Source: Candidatus Falkowbacteria bacterium (GTDB taxonomy: Bacteria; Patescibacteriota; Patescibacteriia; UBA11705; JABHMO01). Taken from it: 53,834 nt of DNA. The DNA lies in NCBI GenBank assembly GCA_018674305.1, contig JABHAL010000013.1, positions 74,553-128,386 of the forward strand, read 5' to 3'. The first letter of the stretch is position 1, and each line of letters starts with the position of its first letter. Of this stretch, positions 1 to 7,405 are shown piece after piece. A model generated the notes under the pieces. That model saw only the letters and a list, made by a program, of their open reading frames with translations. It searched no databases and had not been told where the DNA came from. The position numbers were made by a program, and so were the translations under genes.

Positions 1-2
1 TG

Positions 3-1436
3 TCTGATTCAACTGAAGACTTAATTGCTACTCAAAAAGATTTAAATGATATTAGTCAGAAGTTGGCAGCAATAAATTCACATAATCCATTATTTGTTTT
101 TAATAAAGTTGTAAATCCTCTACGAAGCAAGTTACCAAAAACTCAGAAAGCTTTTGACAGCCTAATTACTGTTGCAAAGTTGCTACCAGCCTTTTCCGGT
201 TATCCAGAAGAAAAAACTTATTTATTTATTTTACAAAATAATAGGGAAATGCGACCAAGTGGGGGATTTATTGGTACTTACGGAATCCTAAAAATCAAAA
301 ATGCCGAAATTGTGGAATTTTTCACAGACAATTCATATAATTTGGATCGTTTAGTTGAAGGAAAGTTAGATATTAAACCACCAGAACCAATTGAAAAGTA
401 TATGAATCAAGATCACTGGTATTTTCGTGATAGTAATTGGTGGCCAGATTTTGCAACTTCAGCAGAAAAAGCAACTTGGTTTTATCATCAGGAGGGTGGA
501 AAAGAAGAAATTGATGGTGTAATTGCTATAACGCCCACAGTAATCGAGAAGCTGATCGGAATATTAGGCAATTTTACAATTCAAGATTTATTATTTAATC
601 AGGGTAATTTCTGGGAACAATTACAATATCAAGTAGAATTTGGATATTATGATCAAGGTATTTCTGAAGCTGATCGTAAAGATATAATCGGTGACTTAGG
701 TGAACAAATAATTCAACGTTTGTATACTGCTCCAATGAGCCAGTTCAACGATTTGTTGGCTATGGTTAGCAATCAAGTTAAAGAAAAACAAATTCAGTTG
801 TATTTTGTTGATGATGAAATGCAAAATTTAGCAATGCAAAATGGTTGGGCCGGAGAGGTCAAGGGTTATGCTGGTGATTACTTAATGTTGGTTGATGCTA
901 ATTTAGCAGCTCTGAAAACAGATTCAGTCATGGATCGAACTATTCAATATGGTCTTGATGTTGATGATAATCATGATTTAATTGCTACGACTCGAGTGAA
1001 TTATCAAAATCTGGGAACTTTTAGTTGGAAAACAACTCGTTATCGAACTTATACTAGATTATATGTGCCAGAAGGTAGTGAATTAATTTCCGTTAAAGTT
1101 GGGAATACAGAAGTGAACTTGGATGAAGATGTTGACACTTATCAGGAGTTCGGCAAAACTGCTTATGGTTTGTTTTTTCAAGTTGAACCGCAAACTTCGC
1201 GTGTGGTTAGTTGGCAATACAAATTACCCGCTCGGATCAAAAAGTATGTTGACGATGGTGAGTATAATTTAATGGTGCAAAAACAAGCTGGTATTCCTAA
1301 GTTGAATTTACAGTTGGATTTAACATTCGACAAAAAGATTAGTTGGTTAAAAGATAATTTGGATAATATCGGTAGAAATTTGAAACATGTCGAGGTTATC
1401 ACCACTGATCAGATTTATACGGTTTGGTTGGAGTAA
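3..1436 (+). CDS. DUF4012-like envelope protein, 5' end cut by the window edge
   Basis: Frame 3 is open from nt 3, with no stop before the track's TTG at 63, so the CDS enters from upstream. The motif MRPSGGFIGTYG is recalled as DUF4012-typical. Stop TAA at 1434-1436. Confidence 0.75.
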   Translation, partial: SDSTEDLIATQKDLNDISQKLAAINSHNPLFVFNKVVNPLRSKLPKTQKAFDSLITVAKLLPAFSGYPEEKTYLFILQNNREMRPSGGFIGTYGILKIKNAEIVEFFTDNSYNLDRLVEGKLDIKPPEPIEKYMNQDHWYFRDSNWWPDFATSAEKATWFYHQEGGKEEIDGVIAITPTVIEKLIGILGNFTIQDLLFNQGNFWEQLQYQVEFGYYDQGISEADRKDIIGDLGEQIIQRLYTAPMSQFNDLLAMVSNQVKEKQIQLYFVDDEMQNLAMQNGWAGEVKGYAGDYLMLVDANLAALKTDSVMDRTIQYGLDVDDNHDLIATTRVNYQNLGTFSWKTTRYRTYTRLYVPEGSELISVKVGNTEVNLDEDVDTYQEFGKTAYGLFFQVEPQTSRVVSWQYKLPARIKKYVDDGEYNLMVQKQAGIPKLNLQLDLTFDKKISWLKDNLDNIGRNLKHVEVITTDQIYTVWLE

Positions 1437-1455
1437 GTTTTAAGATTATAAATTA

Positions 1456-1477
1456 AAGATCATTAGGTCTTTTTTTG
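1456..1477 (+). terminator. Weak intrinsic terminator after the DUF4012-like gene
   Basis: A 5-bp stem AGATC/GGTCT (one U.G pair) with loop ATTA is followed by T7. Confidence 0.4.
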
Positions 1478-1592
1478 TTGCAAAAACAATGAATTTGTTG
1501 CGTAATTGGTGGATAAAGTGATGTTTTGGTTAAGTTGGGTTTATGTGGTAAAATACTTTAAGTAAGTATTAAGTTTTAAGTATTAAGTTTCC

Positions 1593-4500
1593 ATGAGTTA
1601 CGTCCCACTCCACGTTCACAGCCATTACAGTTTGCTGGACGGGTTAACTAAAATTGATGATTTAGTAAATAAAGCAAAAGAAGAAGGTTTGCCTGCTTTG
1701 GCTTTGACCGATCATGGGGTAATGCATGGCGCGATTGAATTTTATCAGAAATGCAAAAAGGCCGGAGTTAAACCAATTGTTGGAGTTGAAGCTTATATTA
1801 CAAGTGACCGAAAAAAGAAAGAGGTAGGAAGTGAAGAGCGATTTCATTTAGTATTATTAGCTAAAGATTTTGAAGGCTACAAAAATTTAATTAAACTAAC
1901 AACCTTCGCTCATTTGGAAGGTTTTTATTATAAGCCCAGGATTGATTGGGAAATTTTAAGGAAATATAGTAAAGGTTTAATCGGATTGTCTGCTTGTTTG
2001 GCTGGAGAAGTTCCAAAGGCGATTACTCGTGGATTGGATGATGAAAAAATTGAAGAAATTATAAAAAAATATCAGGACGTTTTTGGCCCAGATGATTTTT
2101 ATTTAGAAGTGCAACACCATCCTAACATTCCAGAACAAAAAATTGTAAACAATAAATTGTACGAGTTGGGAAAAAGGTTAAATATAAATCTAGTGGCCAC
2201 GAACGATAGTCATTATTTAAATAGTGAAGACGCAGAAGCTCATGATATTCTGATTTGTTTGCAAACCAAGAAAAGGTTGAGCGATACGGACCGAATGTCT
2301 TATTTAGGAGAAGATTTTTCTTTGTATACTTCAGATCAGATGTTTGATAATTTTCGTAGCAATCCGCAAGTTGTAGAAAATACTTTGAAAGTAGCAGAAA
2401 AATGTAATTTAGAAATTCCTTTGGGTGATATTCAATTGCCGTACTACGAAGTGCCTGAAGGAAAAACGGATTTTGAGTATTTAAAAGACCTTTGTTATGA
2501 CAAAATTTCCAAGCGTTACTATTTTGATCCCAAAAAAGAGAAGTTGACGGAAAAAGAACAAAAGGTAATTGATCGTTTGGAATATGAATTAGGCGTTATT
2601 CAACGCGCTGGTTATCCCTCATATTTTTTGATCGTACAGGATTTTACTAATTGGTCTAGAAGTAAAGGGATTGTGGTTGGGCCGGGAAGGGGATCGGCTG
2701 CAGGGAGTGTAGTTTCATATTTGCTGGGAGTAACAAATATCGAACCACTAAAATATGACTTATTGTTTGAAAGATTTTTGAATCCAGATCGAATTTCTAT
2801 GCCTGATATTGATATTGACTTTGCTGATGAGCGTCGAGATGAAGTTCTTCATTATGTAGAAGAAAAGTATGGCCATGATCACGTGGCCCAAATTATTACA
2901 TTTGGAACAATGGCTGCTCGGGCAGCAGTAAAAGATGTGGGGCGGGTTTTGGATATGCCTTATGCCTTTTGTGATCAGATTTCGAAATTAATTCCCATGG
3001 GAATGAAACTGGATGATGTGATTAGTAAAGTTGCAGAGGTCAAGGATATGTATGAAACTAGTGATGACGCTAAACGCTTACTTGATTTTGCCAGAAAACT
3101 TGAAGGTGTAGCACGACATGCCTCCACTCATGCTTGTGGTGTAGTTATTACTCGAGAGGCAATGACCGAATATTGTCCTTGTCAGTTGGCTCGGGATCGG
3201 GAAGACGTAATTATTACCCAGTATTCTTTGCACCCCGTCGAAGATTTAGGTTTACTGAAAATGGATTTTTTGGGATTGAAAAATTTAACTATCATTGAGA
3301 GAGCTTGTGATATTATTGACAAAATTCATGGTAAAAAAATTGACATCGATGAAATTCCTTTGAATAACAAAAAGGCTTATAAATTATTTCAGAATGGCCG
3401 AACTACTGGAGTGTTCCAATTTGAGTCTAGTGGTATGAAACGTTATTTGAAACAATTAAGACCTTCTGAATTTGAGGATTTGATTGCCATGGTTGCTTTG
3501 TACCGACCTGGACCGTTAAATTCCGGTATGGTTGATGAATTTATTGCTAGAAAGCATGGAGAAACTGAAATAACCTATTTGCATCCTATTATGAGGGAGT
3601 CTCTGAAAAACACCTATGGAGTTATCGTTTATCAGGAGCAGGTCATGCAACTGTCCAAGGACATGGCTGGATTTACTGGGGGGCAGGCGGATACTTTGAG
3701 AAAAGCTATGGGTAAAAAAATCGCAGATTTGATGGAAAAAATGAAAAAAGAATTTTTGGAAGGTTGTCAAAACAATAAAATACCAGTTGATGTAGCAAAA
3801 CAAACTTTTGAGAGCATGGAAAAGTTTGCTGAATATGGTTTTAATAAATCACATGCTGCTTGCTATGCTTTGATCGCTTACCAAACTGCATATCTAAAAG
3901 CTAATTATCCAGCTGAGTTCATGGCTTCTTTGTTAACTTCAGATCAAAATAACATGGATAGAATTACTATTGAAATTGATGAATGTAAACAAATGGGGTT
4001 GGAAATATTACCACCTAGTATTAATGAAAGTTTTTCAAAGTTTGCAGTAGTGGCTGAATCTTTGAAAGAAAAAAATCCTAGGATTCGTTTTGGTATGAGT
4101 GCTATCCGAAATGTGGGGGATGGTGTGGCCAGTGCCATAATTCATGAAAGAAAAACTGATGGCAACTTTACAACTATTGAAGATTTTTTATCTCGAGTTG
4201 GTACCAAGGCGCTTAATAAGAAATCATTAGAGGGATTGATGAAAAGTGGCGCTTTGGACTTGTTTGCCAGTCGATCCAGTTTGTTGGAAAATGTGGATAA
4301 GCTTTTGTTGTATATGAAGGAAGTTGAATTAGCAAAGTCAGCTAAACAGGTGAATATTTTTAGTTTAAGTAATGGCGGGGAAAATGTTTTGCCAGATTTG
4401 GTTTTGCGTGATGCGCCGGATTTTGGTGATCAGCAAATATTAGCTTGGGAAAAGGAATTCCTTGGTTTATATGTGTCTGAGCACCCTTTTTCTGATTACG

Positions 4501-5099
4501 AAAAGAAATTCAAGAGCTTGATTTATCCCATTGCTGAGGTAAAGCAAATGCGAGGTGAAAAAATAACTGTCCGCACAGGTGGTGTGGCAACAATTATCAA
4601 GAAAATTATTACCAAAAAAGGTGACCCGATGTTGTTTGTAACAATTGAAGATTCGTTGGGGTCAATTGAAACATTAATCTTTCCTAGACTATATAGATCA
4701 ATGGAAAAACAAGACATTTGGCAGGAGGGAAATATTTTGGTGATCGAGGGCACTTTATCGGACAAGGATGGGGATAATAAAATATTAAGCAGTAAAGTTT
4801 GGTCAATTAACCAACAAACTGAAAGGTTAGTTATTAGTGATTTAGAAAATCAGCCAACCAATGACGAAAAGTTAAAACGTTTGGGGCAGAAACAGGTCAT
4901 TGTTAAATATCCAGTAGGTGCAACCAAGGATTTCGCTAGTCAAATAAAAATGTTATTCATTGCTATCCCAGGTAAACATCAGGTAATATTAAAAATTGAT
5001 GAAAAGTTAATAAAAACTAACTTTTTGATAGATCTTAGTGACGAAAGTCGGGTAAAATTAGAGAGTCTCTTGGGTAAGGAAGCAGTCTTACAGGGATAA
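1593..5099 (+). CDS. dnaE: DNA polymerase III alpha subunit
   Basis: 1168 aa. PHP-domain start is YVPLHVHSHYSLLDG, followed by polymerase core motifs (GPGRGSAAGS, MPDIDIDF) and an OB-fold C-terminus. Confidence 0.95.
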   Translation: MSYVPLHVHSHYSLLDGLTKIDDLVNKAKEEGLPALALTDHGVMHGAIEFYQKCKKAGVKPIVGVEAYITSDRKKKEVGSEERFHLVLLAKDFEGYKNLIKLTTFAHLEGFYYKPRIDWEILRKYSKGLIGLSACLAGEVPKAITRGLDDEKIEEIIKKYQDVFGPDDFYLEVQHHPNIPEQKIVNNKLYELGKRLNINLVATNDSHYLNSEDAEAHDILICLQTKKRLSDTDRMSYLGEDFSLYTSDQMFDNFRSNPQVVENTLKVAEKCNLEIPLGDIQLPYYEVPEGKTDFEYLKDLCYDKISKRYYFDPKKEKLTEKEQKVIDRLEYELGVIQRAGYPSYFLIVQDFTNWSRSKGIVVGPGRGSAAGSVVSYLLGVTNIEPLKYDLLFERFLNPDRISMPDIDIDFADERRDEVLHYVEEKYGHDHVAQIITFGTMAARAAVKDVGRVLDMPYAFCDQISKLIPMGMKLDDVISKVAEVKDMYETSDDAKRLLDFARKLEGVARHASTHACGVVITREAMTEYCPCQLARDREDVIITQYSLHPVEDLGLLKMDFLGLKNLTIIERACDIIDKIHGKKIDIDEIPLNNKKAYKLFQNGRTTGVFQFESSGMKRYLKQLRPSEFEDLIAMVALYRPGPLNSGMVDEFIARKHGETEITYLHPIMRESLKNTYGVIVYQEQVMQLSKDMAGFTGGQADTLRKAMGKKIADLMEKMKKEFLEGCQNNKIPVDVAKQTFESMEKFAEYGFNKSHAACYALIAYQTAYLKANYPAEFMASLLTSDQNNMDRITIEIDECKQMGLEILPPSINESFSKFAVVAESLKEKNPRIRFGMSAIRNVGDGVASAIIHERKTDGNFTTIEDFLSRVGTKALNKKSLEGLMKSGALDLFASRSSLLENVDKLLLYMKEVELAKSAKQVNIFSLSNGGENVLPDLVLRDAPDFGDQQILAWEKEFLGLYVSEHPFSDYEKKFKSLIYPIAEVKQMRGEKITVRTGGVATIIKKIITKKGDPMLFVTIEDSLGSIETLIFPRLYRSMEKQDIWQEGNILVIEGTLSDKDGDNKILSSKVWSINQQTERLVISDLENQPTNDEKLKRLGQKQVIVKYPVGATKDFASQIKMLFIAIPGKHQVILKIDEKLIKTNFLIDLSDESRVKLESLLGKEAVLQG

Positions 5100-5104
5100 T
5101 TATT

Positions 5105-5133
5105 TTGACTTAAATACGATTAACTAGTAAAAT
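5105..5133 (+). promoter_or_regulatory. Sigma70-type promoter (TTGACT-17-TAAAAT)
   Basis: -35 TTGACT at 5105-5110, a 17-nt spacer, and -10 TAAAAT at 5128-5133. It would give a roughly 165-nt leader for the 5308 gene. Confidence 0.55.
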
Positions 5134-5186
5134 GAATTTACAGATAAGGCATACAGTACTATCAAAATATATAAAGTAGATTAATA

Positions 5187-5253
5187 GTGAAAATAAGGGC
5201 GAGTATTCGAGCCCGGCTCCGCGCCAGCGGCCCTAATGGGGTGGGTGGGCGGG
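5187..5253 (+). repeat. GC-rich leader element copy A (GTGAAAATAAGG...CCTAATGGGGTGGGTGGGCGGG)
   Basis: Shares its 5' end GTGAAAATAAGG(G)CGAG and its core GCG.CC.CCTAATGGGG.GGG.GGG with 17604-17710. It ends in GGGGTGGGTGGGCGGG at 5238-5253. Confidence 0.6.
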
Positions 5254-5307
5254 ATAAATTATATGTATATAAAAAAACATTCACGTGTAACGGAGGGTTA
5301 TAAAAAA

Positions 5308-6408
5308 ATGATTTTTGGTTTAGTCGCAGCAACTGTAGTTTTGGTTGTTTTTATTTTGTATTTTTCGGCCAGTCGGGCAGTAGTTAAGGTTGTTCCAATA
5401 GCTACTCAAGTTGAAACAGACTTTGTGTACGATGTGATTACTGATGGCGGGCAAGCTTCAGATCAAATCTTGCAAGGAGTTTTGCATGAAACAGAAGTAG
5501 AGGGTATTGGCACAGGTGAAGCTACGGGTTCTGAAATTTTGGAGGGTGATACTATCGGGCAAGTTGTTTTGATTAATAATAGAGATGAAGCGCAAACTTT
5601 AGTTAAAACTACTCGGCTACTAACACAAGATGGAATTTTACTTCATTTGAGTGATCGAGCAGAAATTCCAGCTAAAGGTGAATTAGTTGCGGATGTATAT
5701 GCCGATGACCCAAATTCTTTTACTGAGATTCAACCCACAACGTTTACAATTCCTGGATTGTGGGAAGGTCTGCAAAGTCAGGTTTATGCTGAGAATAAAA
5801 AAGTTATTTCAACATCAGGCGAGACTATTAAAGTTGTTAAGTCAATTGATATAGTTAAAGCAAAAGAAAGTTTAACTGAAACTTTGTATGAAAAAGCAAT
5901 TAAGGATTTCGAAAGCCAGTTACCAAACAGTAATTATGTAACCTTGGTAGTTTCGAAGCAAGTTATTGAAGAGGCAGTTGATGTAGAAGAGGGCGCTAAA
6001 CAAGATGAATTTGAAGTTAGTTTGAAAATAACTGCGATTTTGATAGGCTTGGATCAAAATAAAATTATCGAGGTGGCAGGAGATCGATTACAACAGGCTG
6101 TGCCAGATGGGCAAGATTTATTAAGTTTAAGTGTTGAAAAACTTAGTTATAAGGTTCAAGATTTTAACGATCAAAATAAAACAGCTAAGATCAGGGTTCA
6201 TGTTGAGGGTGATTCTGTTATCAAGGCTAATAATGAAATATTTGCCAAGGACAAAATGGTTGGTTTGAGTCCCAAGGGAGTGGAGCTGTATTTGGCCAGC
6301 TTTGATGAGGTTGAATCAGTCATTGTTGAGTTGTCACCATTCTGGGTAAAGAAAGTTCCAAAGTTAAAGGATCATGTGAATATCGTTATTGTGAATCCCA
6401 ATAAGTGA
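5308..6408 (+). CDS. Hypothetical membrane-anchored protein
   Basis: Start moved to ATG 5308, which has GGAGGG 9 nt upstream. The track start at 5236 would translate the GC-rich element. N-terminal TM helix is FGLVAATVVLVVFILYF. No family recognised. Confidence 0.7.
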   Translation: MIFGLVAATVVLVVFILYFSASRAVVKVVPIATQVETDFVYDVITDGGQASDQILQGVLHETEVEGIGTGEATGSEILEGDTIGQVVLINNRDEAQTLVKTTRLLTQDGILLHLSDRAEIPAKGELVADVYADDPNSFTEIQPTTFTIPGLWEGLQSQVYAENKKVISTSGETIKVVKSIDIVKAKESLTETLYEKAIKDFESQLPNSNYVTLVVSKQVIEEAVDVEEGAKQDEFEVSLKITAILIGLDQNKIIEVAGDRLQQAVPDGQDLLSLSVEKLSYKVQDFNDQNKTAKIRVHVEGDSVIKANNEIFAKDKMVGLSPKGVELYLASFDEVESVIVELSPFWVKKVPKLKDHVNIVIVNPNK

Positions 6409-6440
6409 TTACTGATTTATACAGATATACTGATAACAAA

Positions 6441-6470
6441 AAGAGCGCTGTGTGAGCAGCGTTCTTTTGT
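6441..6470 (+). terminator. Intrinsic terminator
   Basis: A 10-bp stem (6441-6450 with 6457-6466, one G.U pair) has loop TGTGAG and is followed by a T-run. Confidence 0.75.
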
Positions 6471-6498
6471 TTGACATGCATTTTAATAATGTTATACT
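6471..6498 (+). promoter_or_regulatory. Sigma70-type promoter (TTGACA-16-TGtTATACT)
   Basis: -35 TTGACA at 6471-6476 and -10 TATACT at 6493-6498 with an upstream TG. It directly abuts the terminator. Confidence 0.65.
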
Positions 6499-6884
6499 TA
6501 ACATAATCATAGACGATTGGTCTGGCTACCAACCAGACGCCCTTGTAGGGTTAAACTCTAATCACGAAATTCTAAGTCCTAAACAATTTTTCAAATTTAA
6601 ATTCTGAAATAATCAAAATTAAGTTTGAATTTTACGTTTTGACAATTTGAATTTATTTAGAGTCTAGATATTAGAATTTAGGGTTTGATGCTCTTAAAGC
6701 ATCAACTAAGTTTGTGAGGACAATTTAAGAAATTAAGAGCTCTAGAGTTTGTTTATCTAGAGAACTTGGGTGGAACCGTCCTTCGCCTCTCGACAAGTTC
6801 GAGGCTTCGGACGGCGGGCTGATAATTTGGCTTGTCGTTCAGTGGGATCCCAAGGCTAAGAAATCTTAGTCTTTTTTATTTGCT
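6499..6884 (+). promoter_or_regulatory. Long structured 5' leader of dtd-thrS, possibly T-box-like
   Basis: GGGTGGAACCG at 6768-6778 matches the T-box core GGGTGGNACCG. A 7-bp hairpin at 6740-6762 lies just upstream. CTTGGG (6765-6770) can pair with CCCAAG (6849-6854). A terminator-like hairpin plus T6 at 6854-6877 ends 8 nt before the dtd ATG. The downstream gene is an aminoacyl-tRNA synthetase. Confidence 0.35.
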
Positions 6885-7346
6885 ATGAAATTATTAATAC
6901 AAAGAGTAACTTCAGCTTCAGTTGAAGTCGAGAAAAAAGTTGTTGGTCAAATCAATAACGGGATTTTGGTTTTTCTTGGTGTGGGAAAAGATGATTCAGA
7001 AGCGGAAGTGGATTATTTAGTTGAAAAATTAATTAACCTGCGCGTGTTTGCTGAAGATGACCCTTCGACAGGCTCAGGGCAGGTAAAGCATTTTGAAAAA
7101 TCTTTACTTGAAGTTAACGGTGAAGTTTTGGTTGTTTCGCAGTTCACGTTGTACGGCAGTTGCGAAAAGGGGAGAAGACCTGACTTTTTCAATTCTGCCG
7201 GGCCTGAAAAGGCAAAGGAGTTGTATGATCAATTTATCGGTAAATTAAAATCTAAAAATATTAAAACTGAGTCAGGTGAATTCGGAGCCTACATGCAAGT
7301 TAAGCTTGTGAATGACGGACCATCTACTTTTCTTTTAGAAAAGTAG
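6885..7346 (+). CDS. dtd: D-aminoacyl-tRNA deacylase
   Basis: MKLLIQRV start plus the SQFTLYG and NDGPSTF motifs. 153 aa, with an 8-aa insertion relative to my memory of E. coli Dtd. Confidence 0.9.
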   Translation: MKLLIQRVTSASVEVEKKVVGQINNGILVFLGVGKDDSEAEVDYLVEKLINLRVFAEDDPSTGSGQVKHFEKSLLEVNGEVLVVSQFTLYGSCEKGRRPDFFNSAGPEKAKELYDQFIGKLKSKNIKTESGEFGAYMQVKLVNDGPSTFLLEK

Positions 7347-7405
7347 ATGGAAATTTTAATCATAAAATTCTAAATTCTAAACAATAACTAAAGATAATAA
7401 AAAAT

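Noticed and set aside
5236-5307. The N-terminal 24 codons of track ORF 5236..6408 (MGWVGGINYMYIKKHSRVTEGYKK).
   Set aside because: This stretch translates the GC-rich G-tract element. A better start at ATG 5308, with GGAGGG upstream, begins right at the TM helix.
6776-6848. Assigning the GC-rich insert in the dtd leader to a known riboswitch class such as guanidine, fluoride or ZTP.
   Set aside because: I compared it from memory with their conserved cores and found no convincing match. It is left as part of the T-box-like or unknown leader.
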